From: Octopus vulgaris
Taxonomy: Eukaryota
Length of the DNA stretch: 64,000 bases
Assembly: GCA_951406725.2 (NCBI GenBank)
Contig: OX597821.1
Location: 101,246,001 to 101,310,000, forward strand
Direction: 5' to 3'
In this document: positions 51,740 through 64,000 of the stretch, piece after piece
How positions within the stretch are numbered: position 1 is the first letter of the stretch
Layout of the letters: every line of letters begins with the position of its first letter
Notes under the pieces: model-generated
Database searches by the model: none
Told to the model about the DNA's origin: nothing
What the model saw: the letters and a program-made list of their open reading frames with translations, nothing else
Position numbers and translations under genes: made by a program

Positions 51740-52720
51740 TTAATCTAAAATATACTCTCCTTCATTTTCAACAATGCTCTCCATTTATCTGGTAGACTTG
51801 CAAAATCCACTTGTCCATGATGAAAAATACTCCTCCAGTACTGTTCTGACCTCATCTACAGAATTCATATTTTTTCTGTCCAAATGATTTTGAAATCTGC
51901 AGAATAAAGGATAATCAGATGGGGCAATGTCTGGCAAATATGGTGGGTGAGTCATCGTTTCTCATTCAAACTGTTCCAGCCTTTGGAATGTCATCCTCGC
52001 TGTATGTGGCCGAGCATTATCCTAATGGAAGAACACCTTTCATCTTGAAACCAAAGATGGATGTTTTTCTTCTAGCGCTGACTTAAGCCACTGAGGCTGC
52101 TCACAGTAGATCTCCTTTATTATTGTTTGGCTTGGGTTTAAAAGTTCAAAGTGGACTAAACCTTTCCTATCCCACCAAACAAATAACAACACCATATATA
52201 GGTGAAGACCTTCTTTAACCTGGGTTGTCAGTGTTTCTCCTTTCCCTACCCACTATCTCCGGTGCTTGACATTTTTATAAAGAACCCATTTCTTGTCATC
52301 AGTCACTATTTGGTCCAAAAAAGGTTCATTCATAAGACATGACAGCAAAGAACACACATTCACTCTCTGCACGTGATTAGACTCAGAAAGTTTCTGAGGA
52401 TTCCATTGACCCAATGTTGCTGAATGGTTGAATAACCAAATCCAAGCTTCTCTGCTAGTTCCTCAGCGTTACGATGGGAATTTGCCCCACCAGGGTTTGC
52501 AGGACGTGCTCATTGAGCTCTATCATTCTTCCAGGATGAGGCTCATCTTCTAGGCTGTAGATTCTGGCTCAGAATTTCTAGAACCACTGTTGGCACTGGC
52601 TTACGCTTATTGTCTGATCGACATATACTGTATTAAAATTCCTCGCACTTTCCTTTGTGTTGATGTCTTTATTGTATTCATAAGCAAAATATACCGAATA
52701 TGCCTCTTTGTCGCTTTCAT
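51740..52720 (-). pseudogene. Mariner DD34D transposase pseudogene
   Basis: MKATKRHIRYIL...QCQQWF...LEDEPHPGR...IVTDDKKWVLY...VWWDRKGLVHFELL...DNARPHTA...HPPYLPDIAPSDYPLF...ENEGEYILD*; many stops and frameshifts. Confidence 0.93.
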
Positions 52721-52861
52721 TATAGCTTTGAAAAAATAACTGTTAAAATCAAACGGCATTCTTCAAAACTTGCACTAAAAATAAGCACTAGGTAAAATTA
52801 CTGCCTGCTTTCATAGCAAGTTTATGCAGATAGTTTATCCTTTCTCCCTCTGACTTTTAGT

Positions 52862-53157
52862 TCATCATCATCATCATCATCATCGTTTAACGTCCGTTTT
52901 CTGCGCTAGCACGGGTTGGACGGTTTCGACCGGGGTCTGGGGAGCCAGGGGCTGCCCCAGGCTCCAGTCTGGTCTGGCAGTGTTTCTACAGCTTGATGCC
53001 CTTCCTAACACCAACCACTCCGCGAGTGTAGTGGGTGCTTTTTACGTGCCACCTGCACAGGTGCCAGAGGGGTCTGGCATCGGCCACGGTCAGTTGGTGC
53101 TTTTTATGTGCCACCTGCACAGAAGCCAGTCGGGGCGGTGCTGGCATCGGCCACGTT
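52862..53157 (-). mobile_element. Young, CpG-rich RTE LINE 3' end nested inside the mariner
   Basis: Perfect (CAT)n tail, many intact CpGs, two copies of the 3' UTR repeat; homologous to 49390-49700. Confidence 0.92.
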
Positions 53158-53354
53158 CTTGAAAAAACTGCATTGTTTATGGGATGACCCAATACTTATG
53201 AGGGTTGTTGGATTGAAAGAGTTCAGATTCGCTGAGTCTTTTGAATCTCATTCCTGCAAATAGCTTCTGTTAATTCCTCTTCAGGCTTCCCTTTAATTTC
53301 ATTGAAGCTCTATCAGTGAAAAACAGTTTTTGCTTGTTTTTTTTACCGCTACAG

Positions 53355-53424
53355 ATATGACCACATTGCAAATACAGCCACCTTAATGAACCTCTCTGAC
53401 TTATATTTCACAGCTAATAGATAA
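53355..53424 (+). CDS. Candidate alternative terminal exon (phase 2: xYDHIANTATLMNLSDLYFTANR*)
   Basis: Strong acceptor TTTTTGCTTGTTTTTTTTACCGCTACAG; one frame open 22 codons; no homology recognised. Confidence 0.2.
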
Positions 53425-55238
53425 TGCTATTTTATTTATTAACATTTTTCTAAATTGTTATCTTGTATGGCTTCATCACAACTTCTTAGTATAACAGTAA
53501 TCAAATAAGATATCCCTTTACCAAAGTTTTGTACGACGGGGGGAAAAAAGTCAATCTCATCAACATAAGCTGAAGTTCTGTAAAGTATTTCTATTCATGA
53601 TAAAAAATCTCCTTACAGTGCCAGATACCATTAATGCCATCACTATGTATAATAGAGCATTTTTCCTAACGTTTTCTCTAATATCATGCATTGCATACAA
53701 TGAATGAACCAATATGCCAGATTGTAGCACCATTATCAGTCAGAAAATTGATATCTGGCATATTTATTTATCCTTCTTGCTGTACACTTCGATAATCTTT
53801 TTTTATCATATAGCATTCACTTATCCTTAGAATCTTGATGTGTTCCTGCTGTATATGTATTTTCGGTGTCCAATTCAATCTAATACAAACAAGTCAAATA
53901 TCATTGTGCTAATGATAGAATGGAGGTTGGTGATCATCATACATAAAAAGAAAAATAAGCCATTTCTTTTATCCGCAATATTTGCATGCAACATCTCAGA
54001 TATAGTGTTCAATTTGGGATTTTATAATGTATATTACATTGATTTTGTATATTAACTAATGCTATTCTTAACACTAGTCATTCTTTCATAAAGAAAGATT
54101 TATTGTGTTTTATCATGACATAAACATAAGTGTCCTTCCAAAATTGAGTTTTATCTTACTTGTTTGCTACAGCATCTGTAGTAACTTGAGTTTTAGAATG
54201 TTTTGCTTTGTTTTTTTCTAAAGGTTTCATTATCATCAGCTAATGAAGCTGCTTCTTTCCTATCATTTGAATGCATTAGCTTACATATGTTGGTTACATT
54301 ATGTTTCTGTTTTTTAATGTTAACTACTTTTTGCTGTACTAGTGGCAAATTGTGTGTGTGTGTGTATGTGAGAGAGGGATGCTTTACGATGCATAATTTT
54401 AATTCATAGAACTCCAGTTATCAATATCCACGGAATTGTATGTATTCCAGCCAAAAGTGGTGAGCAATATATAAAAAGAAAAATATTCAAATGCAAAATA
54501 ATAATAGAAGAAAATAAAATCTAACAATAATGATAGATTTATATTGTTGCATATTAGTCCAGATTCTTCATAATGCCATAAGAGAAACTAAAGAAATTTA
54601 TAAATGATTGCATAATTTATATGTATGTGTACCTCTTCTGATATCTTTAGCTGAATATAGATATTAATGTGTTGCTAAAATTAAGTTAAACATAATATAG
54701 ATTCATATACAATTAACATAAAGGAGTGTATTACTTAGAAGTATCTGGTCAGAGAATAAATTAAATCTTTGTGCGTGTGTGTAATTAATGTGCTCAGAAA
54801 TATATATAATGTATATTATTTAAGCTTTCCTTAGTCATGTTTCCTCCTCTTCCTTTTTATTTTGTATAACTAGATATAGAATAATTAACTAATTTTATTT
54901 TACTTATTTATTTAATTATTTTCAAATAATCTCTAATATTGTTTTATGTATCAGCTTCATTAATACTGTAAGTTATGACAAAAAGAGTCATTAAAATGGA
55001 AAAATGAGGGACTGTACATGGAGTGTCTCTATTGATCTTTTTCTATCATTGATCTCTATATCATGTTGACATGAAACACTTTTAATGGAAAGCATGTCTG
55101 TTATAGATTGAATAAGCTTTTTCAAGGTAACCATTGTTTTACTGATGTTAGTAGTGCAGATATATACATATATATGTATACATATATCATTCAGAGTCTG
55201 TCTGCAGAGCTTGTCACTCTTTATTATCTGTCATACAG

Positions 55239-55318
55239 AAGAAATGAGTTGCCTATTTTGAGGAGAAACCAGTACAGTTTAAGACAGTCAATAGTGGGTA
55301 CTGATATGAAAGTCGGAG
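55239..55318 (+). CDS. Candidate internal exon (xRNELPILRRNQYSLRQSIVGTDMKVG), host gene unknown
   Basis: Acceptor CACTCTTTATTATCTGTCATACAG (NAGNAG), donor GAG|GTAAAT, purine-rich open frame. Confidence 0.3.
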
Positions 55319-55468
55319 GTAAATTTAATGATTTTGGAAGTGGGGGACAGGATTTATAGCTTTTATCAGCCTAATTTCTCTTTAGTCATATTTCTAATAT
55401 AATCCACCTATATCCGCTCACTCTCTCTCTCGCTCTCTACTTGGTGTTTTACTGCATTTATGCTAAAG

Positions 55469-55570
55469 CCAGTTCGGCTTTTTGTCATGAAAACCATGCA
55501 TTCAAATCTACGGGAAAATTTAGTTTTCCAATTATTACTAAAACACATTTTGCTATGCTTAGTGTAAAAA
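55469..55570 (+). CDS. Candidate 102-nt symmetric cassette exon (xSSAFCHENHAFKSTGKFSFPIITKTHFAMLSVK)
   Basis: Upstream pyrimidine tract, AAG acceptor, consensus GTAAGT donor, phase 1-1 frame open and compatible with 55239-55318. Confidence 0.22.
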
Positions 55571-57629
55571 GTAAGTAATTTATGTTATACTTTCCTTTAC
55601 AAGTTGTTTCTATTCTCTGTGTCAAGTAATATTGAGATGTGTGTACAAAACAAAGTTAACATACATATTATTATTAATTCTCACCTGACTGCATGTACAT
55701 AATTTTTACACTACCTACCTTCCCAATTAACTATAGCATTATGAGCCAGTGTTAATAGGATTAGCAATCATTTTCTGAAACCTCAAACTTCTTTTATTTG
55801 CTCAACAAACATTGTACATACAAATATGAATTTTGCTATCTGCAAAATATATTATGCATATATATTGTTTTGTTCTTACTGTATTTTATTTATAATTTTA
55901 ATTTTTTGCACTTAACTTCGAAATAGTCATATTCTGTGAAATAATTATCATTACTAAATTTCTAATTGATGTGTCTTTCTATATAATTCAAGGTTACTAA
56001 TTAACCAATCCTTAATCAAGTTGACTACTTCAATCATTCATTCATTCATAGGGCACCCTTGATTTAGTTGCTATGCATTTCAGCTTAATAGGATCATAAA
56101 GGTTAAATATACTGACATTTGCAACTTGCCTACTGATTAGCATTTTCCGACAGCCATCCATTCTTTTTTGTTATTTTTTTTTTTTTTTTACCTATTCACT
56201 TTTTGCCATATCTCCTCTCAGTATGGAATCATTATGGAGAGATATTAACTGACCAAATTCTATTATAAGATGCTATTTTTACATTGAGATAATTTGGTAT
56301 CTACATATGCTTTTATAGATTTCTCTTCCTGTCTCTATTTTTATACACATACTTACATATATTGATCATATTCAATGCACATAATTGATTATTTTTATTT
56401 AGCTCTTTATCAATATTTACTATATGTGACACCTTGTAACTTCTGCAATTACAATACTATTGTTTTAAAGCACTTTCGATATGTGCTTCATTCAGTCTGA
56501 CACAATCTATTAGTTATATATGATTTTTTTTTCCTGAATGTATCAGCAGATTCAGTTTAAATAATTGTAGGGCAACAATTTTTCTTTTTTTTTTTTATAG
56601 AACCATGAACAATTTTATATCATATAATTAATATTAAATCTGCTATAAACTTAATGAATAAATTATTTTTATCCATTTAATTTATCCATAATATTTTTTA
56701 TTGCTATAATTTGCAGTTAGACATATATTCATATTTTACTGACAGTTCTTTTGAATAGTTCATATATTGTGAATATTAATTCATATGAATTTCTATAGTT
56801 ACTGAACAAATTTCTGACTTGATTACATTTTTGATTAGACAGAAAAGAAAATATTTTTAGTTATTTATGTTTTCAAATGGTATACTATAATTGAAATTAG
56901 AATAAATTTTACTTTAAAAATCTACATTTAAATTTACAGTTAGTACATCATGAAGCATTGTTTTAAATGTTGATAGTAATTTCTGTAAAATTTATCATAT
57001 AAATGATGTAGGAAAATTAACACAAGAATTTTGTTGATTCTAGCATCTACTATGTAATATAGAATATTTCTTTTTCTGAGAATATATAGTAATATCCAAA
57101 GTTGTAAAGCTTTCCAAACAAAATACATTTCAGAAAAAATTCCTAAATTGTAAAGTAAATAAAGAAGTTTTATATAACCCTGATGTTATGTGTGAGAGAG
57201 AGAAAGAGGCAGATAAGTAGTAATGACTAAATAAAATCATTAGTGTCATTCATTATCATCATCATCTTAATAACTACCTTTCTGTGCTTGCCTGGGTCAG
57301 ACATAAGTACATTGGGTCAGAGTTTTCTGTGGTTGAATACCTTTCCTAATACCAACTCTCACCTGTTTCCAAGCAAGGTAATAATCTCCCAGCCTATCAC
57401 ACAACAAACAGCCTGGATATGTTTATGCAGATGACTGAGAACAAATGACATGGTTTGAATGAACCTTTTGTTTACAAAGATCACGCAACATACCAAGAAG
57501 CTCAGACATGCTTTCACAGTGGAATGCAAACAACACCTCCAGTATGCCATTGTTTATAACCAGCAAAGCATATGAAGATATGGAAAATATAAACTCATAT
57601 GCACACATGTATGCATGCACGCACGCACA

Positions 57630-58135
57630 CACATATGGTGAGCTTCTTTCAGTTTCCATTTTCCGAGTCTACTCACAAGGTTTTGGTCAACCTGGGACTA
57701 TAAACTGGCACTCCATCAGTTACAACTATGAATCTTCCAGTTCATCCAATCAAAAGAACAGTCTGCTCATGAAATTAACATGCAAGTAGCTGAGCACTCC
57801 ACAGATACACGTATCCTTAACATAGTTCTCTTGTTCTCAGAGAGAGTCACCATGGCATAGACTGTGACAAGGTCAGCCCTTTGAAATACAGATACTACTC
57901 ATTTTTGCTAGCTGAGTGAACAAAAGCAATGTGAAATAAAGTGTTTTGTTCAAGGACACAACATGCTGCTGAGAATTGAACTCACAATCTCATGATTGTT
58001 AGCTGAGAACCCAAACCTCTAACTCATGTGCCTTTAGGGCTATAAGTAGAAGACATCCATCCACATGCCACACAGTGAGACTGAACTCAAAACCATATAG
58101 TAAGGAAGTGAACTTCTTAGCCACTCAACCATGCC
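57630..58135 (-). mobile_element. SINE family A split by a nested SINE of another family (57704-58032)
   Basis: Family A sequence stops at GGGACTATA and resumes at GGGCTATA-AGTAGAAGAC; insert has GAGAATTGAACTC B box and GTGTTTTGTTCAAGGACAC. Confidence 0.85.
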
Positions 58136-58678
58136 TAACAAAAATTCACAGAGACACCTCTACTACAAATTGATTCAGTGTTTGCTAGAATAGAAAGATG
58201 AATGTGAAAACTATGATGATAATCACTATAGAGGTGCATGTATTTATTACCCACTGCTTGCTATAGCACTGGGTAAATGCAGCCTGTTTAACTTGCAAGT
58301 GACTGAAAGAAGTATATGGAAAGGCATCTAATCAAATTCACACATATTTCCAAAATGTATGATATGCTTAGAAGTCAGCTCCTGTCATTATGGCAGGTGA
58401 AAATTATGAATTACATAAATATTTTATATCCTCAGTGTTTGTGTTCTTTATATGCAATCCAAAAGTTATCCCTTTAATCATGTTATTGGCAGTGGGATTT
58501 CAGATCAAGCACAATAATCTTTCTTGAGCCAATGCAACCAAAAGTAGACCCCAGTCTTAATTTAAATGTTTGGAATGGATATTAGGAATAGTTCAAGTTG
58601 TAAGACACTTACCCAAACAGTTTTATACAAGTAGCTAATCCTATAGACTCTTCTAGGCCATATTAGAAGTTGTATGAA

Positions 58679-58709
<31 letters not shown>

Positions 58710-59359
58710 GTAGATACCTTGAATGCATTGATCACTGTATGGAAGAAATTTCATTGTTCTGATATCAACATTTGCTTGTATTTATGTCAGTATTTATCTT
58801 TCTGGTTTATTAGATTCCTCTTGTTAAATCCAGGTTTTACAGTCACCCTCATCTGTCACTGGCCAAGTTAAGATCCAATTTAGAGCTCTTCTATATTTTA
58901 TCTGTAAAGACTGCTGGCATTTGTACCAGCAATTAGAGTGTCTTATAACTATGACTAATTGCCCAATACAGTAATGATGCTAACTTAAAGACAGAATCAT
59001 TTTAAATATCTCCTAGATAGAGATTTCCAAAGGACATTGATATTCATGAAGCCATAAAGATAAGAGATTTTAAGTGTAATGAATCCTTGTTAAACTCTAT
59101 TAATAAGAGCAAAAATGTCTGTTTTTGCATGCTGTCCAAACTAATGGTAGAGGTTGACATATGATGTTGAAAATATACACACACTGTACATTGAACATAA
59201 CTTTTTAATTATATATTTTATAAATTTATTTAACATTCCAGTATGTAAAAGTTAAAAAGTTGATACTATTCATTGTTAATTTCATTTACTTGTGGTAGAT
59301 GACAAATGAGTCTGATGTAGTTAAGGCAGGACAAATGTGATAACTTGTCATTATGAATT

Positions 59360-59830
59360 ATTGTTTCCCTCTCATAGAAGTCTGGGGTGAGGGACGATGG
59401 ACTGAACCAAAAGCAGGTGAGTCAACAATACCATCAATAAGTTTAACAGCAACAGGATCAGTACAAATTAGCTCAATGCTTCTTCCAGATAATGAGTTCC
59501 TTTAAGGCTCTATGATGTCAGTAATATTCCTGAATATCAGTTTCTGCTGACAGGTCAATATACAAAATAATGTTATGAAGGAACTTGTATAATTTGGGTT
59601 TAGGTTTCAGTAGTTTGTCTACCTCCACCTCACTATCTCTACTGTCATCAATAAAAATTTTATCTATTTCTTCTGTTAACACTTGGTATCCTGGGTTAGC
59701 ATCTGTCTTTCAACTATATTCTGACATTGTCTTCTCTGACATCTGCTCTGCTTGCCTCATACATGCTTCTTCTTTAGATCGCTGCTTTCTTGAACTTTCA
59801 AAACCAAAATATGCTTACAGCAAAAGTGTA
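59360..59830 (-). mobile_element. pogo/Tigger-like transposase C-terminal relic
   Basis: KTDANPGYQVLTEEIDKIFIDDSRDSEVEV...LHNIILYID...YY*HHRALKELII, resembling the acidic tail of Tigger/Jerky proteins. Confidence 0.5.
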
Positions 59831-61859
59831 TGGTAGTTATCACAGTATGCAATGTGCTGAACCTCACAGTGTAGCATAAATATTGCTCAAACGTAATCAT
59901 GCAAACTTTAGGCTACTCTGACTCAACTTATTTTTGTTTCAGGGTAGGTTTTTATCTTTGAAAGAAAAGAATACAGCCTGGTTATATTATGATACCACAA
60001 GAACAGAATTATTATAAAGAAAATCAGTTTCCATTAATAAAATTTCAGTAATTTTATACATACATCTCACCATGAAGATGTATTTATTAGAGAAGGATGT
60101 AAAAGTAAATAGTGAAGAGTTGGTCTTAAGTAAGAAACAGCCTAATATAGATAGAAAAAAGCTGGGAAGGGAGAGGTTAATAGATTTCAACAGTATGCAA
60201 ATTAAGAGGCTATTGAGGGAGAAGGGCAGAATGCTAGAAAAGAAGCATACTTCTTAAAGAGTGGTGTAAAAGCAAATTAGAAACAAGTGGATGTGTACTG
60301 GTGAAATATCACTCACCTTCGGTCCTTATTTCTATCAATTTCTCTAATCTTGCCATTTGCCCAGTACACATCATGATACAGCTAGTTGTAAGGTATGCAG
60401 TGCTTTATCTAAACAATTACCACAAAATTTCATATCAGACCATGAACAAATTGGTTTCCCATGATTATATTATTAAATGAGCTTAATATTTATGATGAAT
60501 TTACTGTTTTTGAATTTATGATGAATTTGCTGTGCTCATTTATCACACCTTGAATTTTCTCTCCTACAAGACTTAAACATATCAGTAGAGGTCAACACTA
60601 ACAGTCACTCACGTAACTCAGATTTCATCTGGTTTGTCTTATAAACTAGCTTAAGAAGATACAATTTAATGGGGATTCACTAATGCCTGAAGATCTTTTA
60701 CATCCTCTTAACCAATGTAGTATCCTTCTCAAACATCAATCTTCACTGAACTTCTGTGTTTCCTGTTATTTTTGGCATGTGTTATCTTTTCTTTTCATAG
60801 CTGGATGCCCTTCTTATCATAAACAATTATTAAATAAAATTAAATTCTTCTTAAAGCCAGCTGCCAGGCTGAAGTTTCTCAGCTAAGACAGACTAAGTTT
60901 GTTCTATACATGAAATACTAAATATTGGTTTTTGTGTATTTACATTAAACATTTTCATATTTTATCATTTCAATAGAACTTCAATTAGTAACATGGTATC
61001 CTAACAGTTTCTTTGTTATAAGGTTTTTATAATATTTCATTGTCTATTTTTCATTGGTAGCACAAAAAATAGTCTTAGTTCTTGTATTTTGTTTTAATGA
61101 TATTTTTATACATTATATGAAATTTCATTCCATAGAAATATTTTGTGCACTTAACATTTTTTTTACAAATTACTATAATAGGAAAAAGATGTAAATTGAT
61201 TTTTTATATTTAAATTGTGCATTTTAACAATGTTGCAGTAGATAAACTTGTGTACAAATTTATCACATTGTTTAAGATTGTAGTGCATACTGTTCGTGGT
61301 TGTACAGAATAATATAGAAACTCAATTTACATAGCAGAATTGTTTGGTTTCTATAATACTGATTCACAAATGTATTTTCCAGTCACTCATCAAATAATCA
61401 ACATACTTGATCTACTGTGAAGTGATGTTTCAAACATCGTTTTCCCCATTATTTCTTTATACTTGTTTTTCATTTTTATGACATCTCTGATTCATTTAGT
61501 CTCTAAACAATTCTATTTTCCTACATCAACAGATATACATTCTTGTAAATTTACTTAGTAATTCTTTCACCTTTATTTTGGCAAGTGTGGTAAAGGTTAG
61601 GTTTTGCTGATGAGGTCATCACAATAAGAACAAAATATGTCTGGAGTTATCTCATACATGCAAAAATGATTAAAATAAATATTAGTCCTTGACTAATGTT
61701 TTTTTTTCCCACACCACATAATTATTTTTAGTTTTTCTAGTTTTTCTGCATTAAATATGTTAACATTATAACTAAACAGCTTACATATGTCCATAAAATA
61801 GAACTAAATTCTTAAAAAGATTATCTTTGTTCTTTCAGTCAGATTTCATTTAAATGTAC

Positions 61860-62045
61860 ACTACCCAACCATATAATTTCAGGTTTAGTCCTACTACCTG
61901 GTGCCTTGGGCAAATGTATTTTACTATGACCCTCAGCTGACCAAAGCCTTGTGAGTGTGCTTAGTATGCAGAAACTGAAAAAAGCCTGTGACGTGTGTGT
62001 GTGTCCGTTCGTCCATCCGTCCGTCCTTGTCTTGACATGACATGC
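61860..62045 (+). mobile_element. SINE family A
   Basis: GGTTTAGTCC..GCCTTGGGCAAATGT..GACCAAAGCCTTGTGAGTG. Confidence 0.85.
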
Positions 62046-62109
62046 ATTTTCAGAGAGAACATGAATAAAATTTAAAGCCTGAAATGAAATATTTATAATT
62101 AAGAGCAGA

Positions 62110-62295
62110 TGGACAGCCATCCAGTTATATGTAATACTTGTATTTACATTTTGAGTTCAAATTCCACTGAATTGGACTTTGCTTTTCATCCTTTCAGGGT
62201 TTGATAAAATAAGTACCAGATGAGCATTGGAGTCAATGTAATCAACTTATTTCTCCCCTGAAATTGCTGACCTTGTGCCAAAATTTGAAACAATT
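62110..62295 (+). mobile_element. SINE family B
   Basis: GAGTTCAAATTCC..GGACTTTGCTTTTCATCCTTTCAGGGTTTGATAAAATAAGTACCAG. Confidence 0.88.
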
Positions 62296-62660
62296 GTTCT
62301 ATAAAACTCCAGATGCATTAAGATTGCAAAATCAACTAAAATTGGTTTGCTAACAATAAATATCATTTACATGTGTCAACATTTAATTCATACCTTATTT
62401 GGTCAATTATTTGCCGTTCATAATCCTGAAATATCATGTTTTCTAATTTAGAGACTTAACAAGTATGTTGTGTTTCCTTCTAAATGATTACTTGCTATAC
62501 CCATTCTAAGATCTATCTCTTTCTCTCTCTCTCTCTCTTTATCTCTCTCTCTCTCTATCTATCTCATGCATTTAACATCACTATTACTCTTATTCCTCTA
62601 TAATTCTTGTATTTAAAAAATTACTAATAAAAATACTTTTATTAAAATTAGTCTCTATAC

Positions 62661-63032
62661 CAGCATTTCTCAACCAGGGTTCTCCAGAACCCTAGAGTTC
62701 TGCAAAAGGTTCCTAGGGGTTCCATGAGAAAGAGTGAGATAAGCTAACGCTAATTTCATGATCATAATATTACTCTACATGCACAACATATTATTGGTTA
62801 TTGTAATATAGACATCATCCTATCTAACCTATTATGTTATCAAAAAAATTTAACAACCATTGGGAATATATTTAGTGATGTCTGTAATTTATGGACACCC
62901 TACATATATATATGTATATATATGAGATTTACTATGAAAGATATGGTGTGTAATTTTTTTTGTGCAGGGGTTTCTTGAGACATGTAATTTATTTTAAGGG
63001 TTACACAAGGGTAAAAAGGTTGAGAAACACTG
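62661..63032. mobile_element. hAT (Charlie-type) MITE, 372 bp
   Basis: TIRs CAGCATTTCTCAACC and GGTTGAGAAACACTG; perfect 8-bp TSD CTCTATAC (62653-62660, 63033-63040). Confidence 0.93.
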
Positions 63033-63309
63033 CTCTATACAATGGATAGTCAATATAAATGTTGGTTGGTTGCGTTTTTCAGTTACACTTTACATTTTAT
63101 AGAGAGGGGGTATAAGAGAGATACAGGGAGAGAGAAAGCTAACATAAGAGATGCAGGATGAGTTGAAAGAATCATAGGAGGAGGAAATGTGGTGGAGGGG
63201 CTTATGCAATTGTTTTATTTAATTTTAATTTAAGGTAATAAATACTTTTCTTTTGAAAATTGGTATTCATTTCATTATAAAGGTTAAATTATAATTATAT
63301 GCCATATAT

Positions 63310-63370
<61 letters not shown>

Positions 63371-63399
63371 TTTGCTTATACCTATCTCCTCTCATAAGT

Positions 63400-63752
63400 T
63401 CATCTTCCTAGCGTTCAAAATAATTTTTCTATCGTCTTGACTTAACTGCCTCACCGTTTGTTTTTACTGTCTTGTTCTCACTGTCCTGTTCTTGTTACCA
63501 CTTTCACCCTCCACAAAAAATCCCAAATTCTATTTAATTTGCTTTGTGGGAAGGACTGTTTCAACGAAGTCACGTCTTGTCCTTACCTTCAAAACGCAGA
63601 GTAGATGAAACAGGGGCAACGGATGAAGGGGAATATTCTTTATGCTGTATGTCTCATTTCTCTGTTTGTATTTTTCATTGTTCAAAAAAAGTTTGTTTTC
63701 TATGTTTTCATTTCTCATAGTGTTCTACGTTTTTTTGATGTCCCGTACCCAT
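63400..63752 (+). mobile_element. Probable Penelope-like remnant with decayed hammerhead-like motifs
   Basis: CCTTC-AAAAC-GCAGA-GTA...CGGATGAAGGGG; CpG above background; between TA/CA microsatellites. Confidence 0.4.
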
Positions 63753-63809
63753 ATATGCATGTATATATACATATATATGTTGGTATGTACATATATGTAT
63801 ATATGCATA

Positions 63810-63844
<35 letters not shown>

Positions 63845-63929
63845 GAGTGTGTGATATTACCCATGGCGGCAAATGTATACTTCCAAAGTCACCTACTATA
63901 TGATGAGTAACAAACACTCTATTAAATCT

Positions 63930-64000
63930 AATAATAATAGTTTCAAATTTTGGCACAAGGCCATCAATTTCGAGGGAGAGGGTAAGTCGATTACATTAAC
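63930..64000 (-). mobile_element. SINE family B 3' end, truncated by the window edge
   Basis: (TAA)n, TTTCAAATTTTGGCACAAGG, the reverse complement of the end of 62110-62295. Confidence 0.8.

Larger units (their letters stand above)
51671..53194 (-). mobile_element. Near-full-length mariner DNA transposon with TA TSD, interrupted by an RTE 3' end
   Basis: TIRs TA-TTGGGTCATTCCGTAAATAATGCAGTTTTTT and AAAAAACTGCATTGTTTATGGGATGACCCAA-TA. Confidence 0.95.

Noticed and set aside
53711-53764. 12-bp perfect inverted repeat AATATGCCAGAT/ATCTGGCATATT
   Set aside because: Too short and loop too large for a pre-miRNA; a few such stems are expected by chance in AT-rich 64 kb (likewise 60291-60372 and 27312-27403)
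60317-60381. Minus-strand exon-like segment with a GTGAGT donor
   Set aside because: Weak acceptor, no partner exons and no recognisable protein

Overview
AT-rich, CpG-depleted eukaryotic non-coding DNA, most likely intronic or intergenic sequence from an octopod cephalopod. This assignment is inferred from the tRNA-headed SINE families, RTE LINEs and dense (TA)n/(TG)n/(CT)n microsatellites. No intact gene, tRNA gene or rRNA is visible, and nearly all listed ORFs are artefacts of microsatellites or decayed repeats. The window is a transposon graveyard. It holds about 40 SINE copies from 4-5 families, RTE, CR1/L2-like and R4/Dong LINE fragments, a near-full-length dead mariner with a young RTE 3' end nested in it, rosa-type and pogo/Tigger transposase relics, hAT, mariner and piggyBac-type MITEs and two Helitron/Helentron-like elements. 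Several Penelope-like remnants carry degenerate hammerhead ribozyme motifs. The most notable observations are those hammerhead-bearing remnants (one with a ~160-bp-arm hairpin), a cluster of frame-compatible candidate + strand exons at 53.3-55.6 kb, closely spaced inverted SINE pairs that could form dsRNA, and a 530-bp tandem duplication that looks like an assembly error. I did not find a convincingly new biological system. Repeat boundaries are approximate unless TIRs or TSDs are quoted.
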